Notes under the pieces: generated by a model
Told to the model about the DNA's origin: nothing
What the model saw: only the letters and a program-made list of their open reading frames with translations
Databases searched by the model: none
Translations under genes and position numbers: made by a program
Origin: Gammaproteobacteria bacterium
GTDB taxonomy: Bacteria; Pseudomonadota; Gammaproteobacteria; Eutrophobiales; Eutrophobiaceae
Length of the DNA: 64,000 bases
Direction: 5' to 3'
Assembly (NCBI GenBank): GCA_965222155.1
Contig: CBDCTH010000012.1
Coordinates: 96,001-160,000 of the forward strand
Shown: piece after piece, positions 32,590 to 42,115 of the stretch
Position numbering within the stretch: the first letter of the stretch is position 1
Layout of the letters: each line of letters starts with the position of its first letter

Positions 32590-32723
32590 TTAATATACAC
32601 ACTGAAGTATATCGCAAAAAAGGGGACAGGTTAAAATCTGTCCCCTTTTCTGCCGAAAAAATAAATCTGTTCCCTTCTCTTCCACCCTGTTATCCTGAAA
32701 AATAAACCTGTCTTCTTTTCTTT

Positions 32724-33638
32724 ATGTCGACTACTCTCCGACAGCTCATTGATAAGGCCGAGCAACAGTTTATCCGGTCGGACCTGTATTACGGTCACGG
32801 TGTGGATAATGCCCTGGATGAAGCCGCTTTTCTTGTGCTGGGCGCACTGGATATTCCGTTTGACATGGGCCCGGAACAGTTGAACAGGGGAGTAAGCGCC
32901 GCCGAACAGGAGCATATAAGAGAGCTGATTGATATCAGGATAAGCTCAAGAAAGCCTGTCGCATACCTGCTGAACAAGACCTGGTTTGCAGGCCTGCCCT
33001 GTTACGTGGATGAGCGCGTTTTGATCCCCCGTTCACCCATTGCCGAGCTGATCCAGGGCGGGTTTTCACCCTGGATCAAAGCCGCTCAGGTAAACCGTAT
33101 CCTGGACCTGGGTACCGGCAGTGGTTGTATTGCCATTGCCTGTGCTTCGGTCTTTCCCGGGGCAACCGTTGATGCAACGGATATCAGTTCGGAAGCGCTG
33201 GAGGTGGCGCATGTCAATCGTGAGCAACACAACCTGATGCGGCGGGTTAACCTGATCCAATCAGACCTGTTCGCTGCATTGGGGGACAGGAAATATGATA
33301 TTATCGTCAGCAATCCACCGTATGTGCCCGATGAAGAAATGCCGGCCTTACCGGCGGAATACCACCATGAACCGTCCCGCGCACTGGCAGCAGGCGCCGA
33401 TGGTCTCGACGTGGTTGACCGTATTCTGCTGGATGCCCATAAACATATGACGGCCCACGGCATCCTGGTGGTAGAAGCAGGTAATTGCCGCGCCGTACTG
33501 GAGACGAAATATCCCCGGACGCCGTTTGTCTGGCCGGACCTCGAGCATGGCGGCGAGGGTGTGTTTATGTTATCAGGTGAAAATCTTCGCAGTATGGGGA
33601 CGGAATTGAATTCCGTCCCCGGGGTCTCGGAGGCGTAA
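32724..33638 (+). CDS. prmB: Ribosomal protein L3 glutamine methyltransferase
   Basis: YGHGVDNALDEA, VLIPRSPIAELI, DLGTGSG, NPPY. Confidence 0.93.
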   Translation: MSTTLRQLIDKAEQQFIRSDLYYGHGVDNALDEAAFLVLGALDIPFDMGPEQLNRGVSAAEQEHIRELIDIRISSRKPVAYLLNKTWFAGLPCYVDERVLIPRSPIAELIQGGFSPWIKAAQVNRILDLGTGSGCIAIACASVFPGATVDATDISSEALEVAHVNREQHNLMRRVNLIQSDLFAALGDRKYDIIVSNPPYVPDEEMPALPAEYHHEPSRALAAGADGLDVVDRILLDAHKHMTAHGILVVEAGNCRAVLETKYPRTPFVWPDLEHGGEGVFMLSGENLRSMGTELNSVPGVSEA

Positions 33639-33650
33639 CCTTACGCTAAG

Positions 33651-34985
33651 ATGACGAGTAAAAATAAATCTGTCACATTTTCTTCCGTTGCCGGCAACGG
33701 CTTGCTGGACCGCCGCTTATTCTTGAAAAGCGGTCTGGTGCTGGGGACTGCGCAACTGGTTGCGGGTAACGCTCATGCGGCCAGGCAGGAAGCGTCGGTC
33801 AGGCCCGAGTGGATGAATACTCCCGGTAAACCGTTTACACCTTACGGACAACCGGCGGAGTACGAGGATGAGGTAGCCCGGTTTCCATCCCCGAATCGGT
33901 TGATGCGCAACAGTGGTGCTTCCTGGACCCCGTTGCACAAGCTGGAAGGCATGATTACGCCTAACGGCCTGCATTACGAACGGCACCACAACGGGGTCCC
34001 GCAGATCAATCCTGCCGAACACCGGTTACTGTTGCATGGACTGGTACGGCAACCGCTTTCATTCAGCATCGACAACCTGCTGCGTTACCCGTTGCAGTCA
34101 AAGATCTGTTTTCTCGAATGCGGCGGCAACAGTAACGCGGGGTGGAATAAATCCCCTTCCCGGGCGGAGGCCGGCTACTTTCACGGGCTCGTTTCTTGCA
34201 GTGAGTGGACCGGCGTGCCTTTGGCGACCGTCCTGGCAGAGGCGGGCATCGATAAAACGGCGAAATGGCTCATTGCCGACGGCGCGGATGCCTTTGCCAT
34301 GAATATCAGCGTCCCAATCGAAAAGGCCATGGACGACGCCATCCTTGCCCTGTACCAGAACGGCGAGCGCTTGAGACCGGAGAACGGTTACCCATTGCGC
34401 CTGATTCTGCCCGGCTGGGAAGGCGTATTGAATGTAAAGTGGTTAAGGACGTTAAAGGCTACCGCGAAACCTATCATGGCAAGGAACGAGACGGCGAGGT
34501 ATACCGAACTGCTGCCATCCGGCAAGGCGCGCATGTTCACATTTACCATGGAAGCGAAATCATTGATCACCTCGCCCTCGGGAGGCATGGTATTAAAACG
34601 GGGACCGGGGTTGTACCAGATTACCGGCCTGGCCTGGAGTGGCAGGAGTAGAATCAAGCAAGTGGATGTATCCGCTGACGCTGGAAAAACCTGGGCGTCG
34701 GCGGAATTGCAACCCCCGGTACTGGCAAAAGCTTTTACCCGGTTTCGTATTCCCTGGCAGTGGGACGGTTCAGCATCCGTATTAAAGAGCAGGGCCATTG
34801 ACGAAACCGGCTATGTGCAACCGGAAAGAGAACAACTTGTCGCCGCGCAAGGGAGGCACGGTTTTTATCATTACAACGCGATTGTCACCTGGAGTGTTGA
34901 TGAAGACGGAAGCGTGACGCATGTCTATACTGCCGAAGCAGGACAGCCTGATAATAATATCAGTATTGATGCTGACTGGGATTAG
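33651..34985 (+). CDS. soxC: Sulfite/sulfane dehydrogenase molybdopterin subunit (Tat signal)
   Basis: LDRRLFLK, ITPNGLHYERHH, FLECGGN, GERLRPENGYPLRL. Confidence 0.85.
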   Translation: MTSKNKSVTFSSVAGNGLLDRRLFLKSGLVLGTAQLVAGNAHAARQEASVRPEWMNTPGKPFTPYGQPAEYEDEVARFPSPNRLMRNSGASWTPLHKLEGMITPNGLHYERHHNGVPQINPAEHRLLLHGLVRQPLSFSIDNLLRYPLQSKICFLECGGNSNAGWNKSPSRAEAGYFHGLVSCSEWTGVPLATVLAEAGIDKTAKWLIADGADAFAMNISVPIEKAMDDAILALYQNGERLRPENGYPLRLILPGWEGVLNVKWLRTLKATAKPIMARNETARYTELLPSGKARMFTFTMEAKSLITSPSGGMVLKRGPGLYQITGLAWSGRSRIKQVDVSADAGKTWASAELQPPVLAKAFTRFRIPWQWDGSASVLKSRAIDETGYVQPEREQLVAAQGRHGFYHYNAIVTWSVDEDGSVTHVYTAEAGQPDNNISIDADWD

Positions 34986-35460
34986 TCTGCAGGCAACAGA
35001 ACTGCAGACCGGTCCGGGACTGGGTGAACCGGCTGATGACCGCGTCGTCAGCGACCAGGATTGGGGCATCATGCCGGACGGCGCCGGTCTCCCGGAAGGA
35101 AGCGCTACGGCAGAGCAGGGCAGGTTTATCTATGAAAAGTTCTGTGTATCCTGCCACGGCCCCGGCGGCCTGGGTGACAGCGGCGATCAGCTTGCCGGTG
35201 CGCAAATGCAACTGACCGATGAATGGCCGGAAAAAACCATAGGCAATTACTGGCCCTACGCCCCCACCTTGTTTGACTTCATTCGCCGCTCCAAACCCAT
35301 GATGCAACCCGGCAGCCTGACCGACGCCGAAGTTTACGCCCTCACCGCATACCTTCTTTATCTGAATGAGATCATTGCAGAGGACCAGGAAATGAACGCC
35401 GATACCCTTGCCGACGTCAAGATGCCCAACCGTGACGGTTTTATCCAGGTTCTGGATTAA
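34921..35460 (+). CDS. SoxD-like cytochrome c
   Basis: PDGAGLPEGS, CVSCH, KTIGNYWPYAPTLFDFIRR, MPNRDGF. Confidence 0.8.
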   Translation: MSILPKQDSLIIISVLMLTGISLQATELQTGPGLGEPADDRVVSDQDWGIMPDGAGLPEGSATAEQGRFIYEKFCVSCHGPGGLGDSGDQLAGAQMQLTDEWPEKTIGNYWPYAPTLFDFIRRSKPMMQPGSLTDAEVYALTAYLLYLNEIIAEDQEMNADTLADVKMPNRDGFIQVLD

Positions 35461-35469
35461 CCTGGAGAA

Positions 35470-35590
35470 GTAACTCACGTCATTCTGTAACTCACGTCAT
35501 TCTGTAACTCACGTCATTCTGTAACTCACGTCATTCTGTAACTCACGTCATTCTGTAACTCACGTCATTCTGGCGAATGCCAGAATCCAG
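35470..35590. repeat. 6 x 17-bp tandem repeat running into a CGTC REP
   Basis: (GTAACTCACGTCATTCT)x6 then GGCGAATGCCAGAATCCAG. Confidence 0.92.
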
Positions 35591-35776
35591 TGATACTTCC
35601 TTCCATATTTTATATATCTGCCCCTGAGCTACGTTCTCTTGCACCACGTTCATCTTACTATGGACAAAGCCCAATTCGAGAATGCTTTATTCGCTCACTG
35701 GCAGAAATGCGTTGAAGGGATATATAAGTCAAAGTGGTCAGTACACTGGCTAGGCTTACCTGGTCGAATTGGTGAG

Positions 35777-36070
35777 CTATGGTATGATAGGTAGCACTAA
35801 TACAAATGAATTGCGATGTAGACTAAACATAATTATTTCCGTATCAGTAATCGTATAGTAGATTACGTAGTCTCTGAAAAAATGGGCGGGCAGTCCCGAT
35901 GCCAGATTATCTTGCTTTACTCCCATTTCTGGATGGATCAAAAGCGGAGTAAACTTTTCTTGTAGTTTTCCTATGAATCCAGTGGCCTGGTCAGGGTTAT
36001 CCAGGGCGATGAAGCTCCAGATTTCGACAAGGTCATCTTCGGCGCTGTCGGTTATTCAGAGTGATTTAAT
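35777..36070 (-). pseudogene. ParE/RelE toxin pseudogene
   Basis: IKSL*ITDSAEDDLVEIWSFIALDNP...HPEMG...YVIYY; ATT at start position and in-frame TGA 36056-36058. Confidence 0.75.
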
Positions 36071-36327
36071 CGTTTTTCTCCCTGGGCAACGATTCTGCCT
36101 GCATCAAAATCCTTCACCCTTCCTTGCCTGATATCACCCAAGCCCTTAGCTATATCCTGGTGTAATGCTTCCAAGCTGCGTTCCTGTGTAAGTTGTTTCA
36201 TACGCCAATCCCGCAGGGCTTCTCGAACAATCTCGCTGTTGGATGCGTAAAGACCCCTGCTTACGGCTGCCTTGATTGTCTCCGCCATGTCAGCGGTCAA
36301 TGTTACGGTTATACGTTCCACACTCAT
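36052..36327 (-). CDS. ParD-family RHH antitoxin
   Basis: AVSRGLYASNSEIVREALR, IAKGLGD. Confidence 0.85.
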   Translation of the reverse strand: MSVERITVTLTADMAETIKAAVSRGLYASNSEIVREALRDWRMKQLTQERSLEALHQDIAKGLGDIRQGRVKDFDAGRIVAQGEKRLNHSE

Positions 36328-36498
36328 AGTGTATAGATATTTGGGGTCAGGGGAAAATGCCCCTTTGGGGATAGATTTAAATCTGTCCCCCTTATCCGAA
36401 TCCGGCATGAATGGCTGCTTAGACACAAAATTAGCGGGAACTGCTGATTATTTTAAAAATTATTGACATTAACATGACTGGTCATATATCCTGGTCAT

Positions 36499-36735
36499 AT
36501 GGAAACGATTAACGCATCTGACTTCAAGGCCCAGTGTCTGGCAATTCTTGATCGCGTGCAAACGACGGGAGAAGGCATACTTATCCTGAAGCGCGGTCGG
36601 CCGGTTGCCGAGTTGCAGCCCGCGAGTCGAACCCATACCGAGTATCCGCAGTCGGAGCTCAAGGGCTCTGTTACCGTGCTGGGCGACATCCTGGAACCGG
36701 CGGTCCCGGAAGAACATTGGGACAGCCTGCGCTAA
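36499..36735 (+). CDS. Phd/YefM family antitoxin
   Basis: INASDFKAQCLAILD...ILKRGRPVA; upstream TTGACA and ATGACTGGTCAT palindrome. Confidence 0.85.
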   Translation: METINASDFKAQCLAILDRVQTTGEGILILKRGRPVAELQPASRTHTEYPQSELKGSVTVLGDILEPAVPEEHWDSLR

Positions 36736-37133
36736 TGGGCGCATTGCTCGATACCCACGTGTTTCTCTGGTGGCTTAATGACCGTGAACGACTCTCACCG
36801 GCTCAGCAGGAGGTCACCAACTCGGCAGGTGCCCAATCGCCGTTACTCGTATCTGATATCTCACTCTGGGAGGTGGCCATGTTGCATAGTCTGGGACGTA
36901 TCCGCCTGATTATTCCGCTACGGGAATGGTTGGATAAGGCCGTAGCGCCGCCGCTGGTGCGGCGCTACGGCATATCTCCGGCTATCGCGGCAGAAGTGGC
37001 CGCGCTGCCCGCCACGTTTCACCGGGACCCGGCGGACCGAATCCTGGTGGCGACTGCCCGGGTTCTCGGCGCGACACTTCTTACACAGGATCGCAGGATT
37101 ATCGACGCAGCGCTGGTCGATACTGTGAGTTGA
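36735..37133 (+). CDS. VapC/PIN toxin
   Basis: [33 protein letters not shown]. Confidence 0.88.
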   Translation: MGALLDTHVFLWWLNDRERLSPAQQEVTNSAGAQSPLLVSDISLWEVAMLHSLGRIRLIIPLREWLDKAVAPPLVRRYGISPAIAAEVAALPATFHRDPADRILVATARVLGATLLTQDRRIIDAALVDTVS

Positions 37134-37149
37134 CCCGGGTCAGCCAACC

Positions 37150-38211
37150 ATGTCAGGTAATACTATTGGAAAATTGTTTACGGTAACAAGCTGTGGGGAG
37201 AGCCACGGCTACGGTTACCTGTGCATTGTTGACGGTTGTCCGCCGGGGATGGAACTGTGTGAGGCTGATCTGCAGCATGACCTGGACCGGCGTAAACCAG
37301 GCAAATCCCGTCACGTTACCCAGCGCCGGGAGTCCGATCGTGTCAGGATCCTGTCCGGGGTGTTTGAAGGCAGGACAACGGGTACGCCGATAGGGCTCAT
37401 GATTGAGAATGAAGACCAACGGTCCAGGGATTATTCGGCGATAAAGGATAAATTCCGGCCGGGACATGCCGATTTTACCTACTGGAAAAAATACGGTATC
37501 CGCGATTACCGCGGCGGTGGCCGCGCCTCCGCCCGGGAAACCTGTATGCGGGTTGCCGCCGGAGCGATCGCAAAGAAATACCTGCGTGAACACTACGGTT
37601 CTCTGGTGCGCGGCTACCTGGCGCAACTGGGACCGATCAAGCTGGAACTGCAGGACTGGGGCGAGGTGAATAAAAATCCGTTTTTCTGCCCGGATGCGGA
37701 TAAGGTAGCGGCCCTGGAAACCCTGATGGATGATTTACGGAAATCGGGCGATTCCATCGGCGCCCGGGTGAACCTGGTCGCCACTGACGTCTCAGCAGGG
37801 TTGGGAGAACCGATTTTTGACCGCCTGGATGCCGATATCGCCAAGGCCCTGATGAGTATCAACGCCGTCAAGGGCGTGGAGTTAGGCGCTGGTTTCAGGG
37901 TTGTCGAGCAACACGGCACCGAGCACAGGGATGAGATAACGGCTCAGGGATTTTTGTCCAACCGCGCCGGGGGCACTCTGGGCGGCATTTCCAGCGGTCA
38001 GGATATCCTGGCGAGTATTGCCCTGAAACCGACGTCAAGTATCCGCATCCCCGGAAAAACCATTGACGTCTACGGCAATGAAACGGAGATTGCAACCACG
38101 GGGCGCCACGATCCCTGTGTTGGTATCCGCGCTACGCCTATTGCCGAGGCGATGCTGGCGATCGTACTGATGGATCACGCATTGAGACAGCGCGCGCAGA
38201 ACCCTGACTGA
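37150..38211 (+). CDS. aroC: Chorismate synthase
   Basis: [25 protein letters not shown]. Confidence 0.97.
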   Translation: MSGNTIGKLFTVTSCGESHGYGYLCIVDGCPPGMELCEADLQHDLDRRKPGKSRHVTQRRESDRVRILSGVFEGRTTGTPIGLMIENEDQRSRDYSAIKDKFRPGHADFTYWKKYGIRDYRGGGRASARETCMRVAAGAIAKKYLREHYGSLVRGYLAQLGPIKLELQDWGEVNKNPFFCPDADKVAALETLMDDLRKSGDSIGARVNLVATDVSAGLGEPIFDRLDADIAKALMSINAVKGVELGAGFRVVEQHGTEHRDEITAQGFLSNRAGGTLGGISSGQDILASIALKPTSSIRIPGKTIDVYGNETEIATTGRHDPCVGIRATPIAEAMLAIVLMDHALRQRAQNPD

Positions 38212-38218
38212 GTTTGAA

Positions 38219-38662
38219 TTAACATGGATGAACAGGATATACAGGATTTTAATGGAATGTATCAGGAATTGACGCATTCTATTATTGGATGTGCATTTGA
38301 GGTAATCAATGAATTGGGGAGCGGGTTTCTGGAATCGGTCTATGAAAAAGCCATGCTTCAAGCCCTCGCTGACGCGGGGATTTTCGTTGAGGCTCAAAAG
38401 CCGGTCAAAGTACAGTTCCGTGGCAAGACTATCGAGGATTTCTATGTTGATCTGCTTATCGAAAGAAATGTGCTCGTCGAACTCAAAGCCGTGAAGCCTC
38501 TTAGTCCTGAGCATCAGGCCCAAATTATAAATTACCTTAAAGCCACCGGTATTGAGGTAGGTTTACTTATCAATTTTGGTAACCCTAAGCTTGAATTCAA
38601 ACGCTTCACGCGCAGAAAGAACTAATCAAAAAATCCATGTATATCCTGTTCATCCATGTTAA
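38219..38662. mobile_element. GxxExxY gene cassette bounded by ~32-bp inverted repeats
   Basis: TTAACATGGATGAACAGGATATACAGGATTTT (38219-38250) vs AAAATCCATGTATATCCTGTTCATCCATGTTAA (38630-38662). Confidence 0.6.
38257..38625 (+). CDS. GxxExxY protein (PD-(D/E)xK superfamily)
   Basis: LGSGFLESVYE, DLLIE..VLVELKA, QIINYLKAT, GLLINFG. Confidence 0.92.
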   Translation: MYQELTHSIIGCAFEVINELGSGFLESVYEKAMLQALADAGIFVEAQKPVKVQFRGKTIEDFYVDLLIERNVLVELKAVKPLSPEHQAQIINYLKATGIEVGLLINFGNPKLEFKRFTRRKN

Positions 38663-40395
38663 AAAAATGTGTTATCAATGTGCTCTGGTTCGTCGAACGT
38701 AATAGTGACGTATGCCGGGCCGGACTGTCCCTTGTCCTGTGAACCGCTCAAGGAGAACGGCAGTGTCACCCATCGGGCTGGTTCATCACCTTCGCTTTGC
38801 AAGGTCGTCAGCCACTCGGCGCTATCGGAAGTTGCCTTGAACCACGGGCATACCACCTCGCCGGCATTGAGGAGTCCGATAATGGTCTCGCGAGTCGGCT
38901 GATCCGGGGCGCCGGTGATGGCCCTGAAGAATTCAAAAAACTTTCTTGCATACCATTTCCGGCGGATACTTTCATCCATCACAAACCGGATCTGACGCGG
39001 CGCCGCCATCTGGATGAAAGTCCAGTCTTTCAGGTTTGTCTGCTGCCCAAGCATCAGGACGCCTCCCGTATCGGGGAAATGGTTAAAACCCTGCACCACC
39101 AATCGATAACGATAGCCGATTGCCAGGGTGACGATAAGCCGCACCAGGGATTGCGGTAGTTTATACACCGTGTAAAACGCCCCGCCCAGGGCAACCACAG
39201 TCAATAATGGAAATAACAGGTTGCTGATCTCCAGTATGGAAAACAGTACGGTCAGGACCAGGAAACTCAGCATCACTATGTTCTGGATGAGGCTGTTTCC
39301 CGCCAATACCCGGCCCAGAATATGTTTGCCCGCGTGGAACTGAATCAGGGCATTGAGGGGAATGATGAACAAGCCGCTGAGCATTCCCAGCAGCAGGATA
39401 TTGATAGCGTGCGCCGGCACGCTCGCAAGCCCGGGCAGGATGAACAGGCAGGCGGCCACGCCCAATGCGCCGACCGGGATCAAGCCGGTTTCGATATAAT
39501 TTCTTGAGATCCTGCCGGCGATGAGTGAGCCCAGCATAATCCCGATCCCGGCACAGGCCAGCATGCCCTGGATAATCCTGGTGTCGTATATCCCCAGGTT
39601 ATCCTTGGCAAAAGCGGGGAATGCCGCCAGCATGACCTGGCCGATTGCCCAGATTATCGCCAGGCCGATGATCGACAGCAAAATCACTTCACGGGATTTA
39701 ACCGCTTTCAGGTTTTCGGACAGGTAACGGCCGGTACGGTATTTAACCCAGTCAAAGCGCAGGTTTCCATCCGGTTCATGGACGCTCGGCAGACGGTAGG
39801 ACAGCAGCAACTCCACCAGCGCTCCGGCAATCAGGAACCAGCCGGTCGCCTTGATGGCCAGCAGCACGTCCTGTTTTGTGGAAAAAATCACGTCGGCAAG
39901 GTACATCTCAAACGTGATTGAAAATACGAATGTTCCGGTGAGAATGGCGGTGGTGGTGGTGGCCTGCACCACGCCATTGGCCCGCGCCAGCCGTTCCTTG
40001 CCGGCGATTTCCCTGATATAGCCGTACTTTGCCGGTGAGTAAAAGGCGCTTTGTATTGCCAGCAGGAACGTCATGGCAAAAGCCGCCCAGAACCATCCCA
40101 GGTGATAGAACAGGGTAATCATACCGGTCAGGACGACCGCGCCCCAGGCGGTAGTGCGCATGACCTTGTTTTTCGGAAATTTATCCGCCATAAAACCGGC
40201 TGGGGTAAACAGCAGGATGTACGGCAGCAGGATCAGGGCATTGACGATTGCCGTCAATATGATCAGGGTATTGCCATCGTAGGTTTTGAAAACGGTATTC
40301 TGTATCGTGATTTTATGTCCCAGGTCCACAAAGGCATTCAGGAAGAGCATGACGACATAGGGGAGGAAACCCCTGATCTTGAATAAATCACTCAT
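38659..40395 (-). CDS. MFS transporter (LplT/Aas-like) with degenerate acyltransferase domain
   Basis: FLNAFVDLGHK, QSAFYSPAKYG, 12 TM, then RQIRFVM acyltransferase-like region. Confidence 0.8.
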   Translation of the reverse strand: MSDLFKIRGFLPYVVMLFLNAFVDLGHKITIQNTVFKTYDGNTLIILTAIVNALILLPYILLFTPAGFMADKFPKNKVMRTTAWGAVVLTGMITLFYHLGWFWAAFAMTFLLAIQSAFYSPAKYGYIREIAGKERLARANGVVQATTTTAILTGTFVFSITFEMYLADVIFSTKQDVLLAIKATGWFLIAGALVELLLSYRLPSVHEPDGNLRFDWVKYRTGRYLSENLKAVKSREVILLSIIGLAIIWAIGQVMLAAFPAFAKDNLGIYDTRIIQGMLACAGIGIMLGSLIAGRISRNYIETGLIPVGALGVAACLFILPGLASVPAHAINILLLGMLSGLFIIPLNALIQFHAGKHILGRVLAGNSLIQNIVMLSFLVLTVLFSILEISNLLFPLLTVVALGGAFYTVYKLPQSLVRLIVTLAIGYRYRLVVQGFNHFPDTGGVLMLGQQTNLKDWTFIQMAAPRQIRFVMDESIRRKWYARKFFEFFRAITGAPDQPTRETIIGLLNAGEVVCPWFKATSDSAEWLTTLQSEGDEPARWVTLPFSLSGSQDKGQSGPAYVTITFDEPEHIDNTFF

Positions 40396-40621
40396 ATCAT
40401 TTATCCGGCCTCATTTTTCGGCAAAGGCCGGTGTAGTCAGGGATGCAATAATCACCTCTGTTGCCATTCCCGCGCAAGCGGAAATCTAGCTACGCTTTTG
40501 ACTGGATTCCTGCTTGCGCAGGAATGACGACGGGAGGCGCAAATGGCATATTTCAAAAGCGCATAGAGACAAAGGAATGACAACATGAACGGGAATGATG
40601 CAGCATCCCCATCATCTTCAT

Positions 40622-42064
40622 CTACGTGGACGTGCCGCCGACAGTCAGTTCATCAATCTTGATAGTAGGCTGTCCCACGCCCACGGGGACTGACTGGCCG
40701 TCTTTCCCGCATACGCCTATGCCGGTATCAAGCCGCATATCATTACCGGTCATGGACACGCGGGTGAGTACATCCGGTCCATTGCCGATCAGGGTTGCTC
40801 CCTTGATGGGACTGGTCAGGCGGCCGTTTTCGATCAACCAGGCTTGATTGGCGCTGAACACGAATTTGCCGTTGGTGATATCCACTTGTCCGCCGCCGAA
40901 CTGGGAAGCATAGACCCCGTTTTGGACGGACCCGATAATTTCCCCGGGATCATAATCACCTCCCAGCATGTAGGTATTGGTCATTCTCGGCATGGGCAGG
41001 TGGGCATAGGATTCCCGGCGCCCGTTGCCGGTAGGGCTCATACCCATTAATCCGGCATTCAACTTGTCCTGCATGTAATTTCTGAGAATACCTCTTTCAA
41101 TCAGTGTGGTGGCTTCCGTGGGTGTACCCTCATCGTCAACGGTCAGTGAACCGCGGCGGTTTTCAATGGTTCCGTCATCGACCACGGTGACGTTTTCGGC
41201 CGCAACCCGTTGACCTATCCGGTTGCTGAAGGCGGACGTCCCCTTGCGGTTGAAATCGCCTTCCAGGCCATGACCTATGGCCTCATGCAATAATATCCCG
41301 GGCCAGCCCGGACCCAGCACTACCGTCATAGTACCGGCCGGCGCCGGGATCGCCTCCAGGTTGTTGAGCGCCTGTGTTACCGCATCGTCAATGTAGCCGG
41401 TAACGATCTCTTCATCCAGGAAATATTCATAGCCGAAGCGGCCACCGCCTCCCGCCCCGCCTTTTTCCAGTCTGCCGTTATGCTCGACGATAACGTTGAC
41501 GTTGAGTCTGACCAGCGGCCTGATATCACCGGAATAAACACCGTCACTGCCGGCAATCAATACGGCGCTATAAGAACCGCTCAGCCCGGCGATTACCTGC
41601 TTTATCCTGGGGTCTTTGTTACGGGTTTCGGAGTCAATCCGTTGCAATATCGCAATCTTTTCCCCGGAGGATATCGAGTCCAGCGGATTTGCGCCGGAAT
41701 ACAGCGGAGCTATATTGCGGTTTTGCCAGGCCTGCAGTTTTTGCTTGCCCCCGCTCCCGGCAATGGCCCGGGCTGCCCGGGCCGCGTCGGTCAATGCCGG
41801 CAGGACAATCTCATCCGAATAGGCAAAACCGGTTTTATCCCCACTGACCGCCCTGACGCCCACCCCCTGGTCAATACTGTGGGAGCCTTCCCGGATGATC
41901 CCTTCTTCCAGCACCCAGGCTTCGGCCTGGGAAAATTCAAAATACAGGTCGGCGTAGTCAATATCATTGACGATCATCTGGTCCAGGGTTTTTTCGATGT
42001 CCCGGCTGTCAATCCCTGTCGGGCTGAGCAATTGCCGGGCCGCTTTTTCCAGTTGCTGACTCAC
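40622..42064 (-). CDS. tldD: Metalloprotease TldD
   Basis: GWPGILLHEAIGHGLEGD, PRMTNT, CGKDGQSVPVGVGQP. Confidence 0.96.
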   Translation of the reverse strand: MSQQLEKAARQLLSPTGIDSRDIEKTLDQMIVNDIDYADLYFEFSQAEAWVLEEGIIREGSHSIDQGVGVRAVSGDKTGFAYSDEIVLPALTDAARAARAIAGSGGKQKLQAWQNRNIAPLYSGANPLDSISSGEKIAILQRIDSETRNKDPRIKQVIAGLSGSYSAVLIAGSDGVYSGDIRPLVRLNVNVIVEHNGRLEKGGAGGGGRFGYEYFLDEEIVTGYIDDAVTQALNNLEAIPAPAGTMTVVLGPGWPGILLHEAIGHGLEGDFNRKGTSAFSNRIGQRVAAENVTVVDDGTIENRRGSLTVDDEGTPTEATTLIERGILRNYMQDKLNAGLMGMSPTGNGRRESYAHLPMPRMTNTYMLGGDYDPGEIIGSVQNGVYASQFGGGQVDITNGKFVFSANQAWLIENGRLTSPIKGATLIGNGPDVLTRVSMTGNDMRLDTGIGVCGKDGQSVPVGVGQPTIKIDELTVGGTST

Positions 42065-42115
42065 AAGTCGATACTCCGATTATTCTGCTGATTACTCCGT
42101 ACTCCGGGGACAGAT

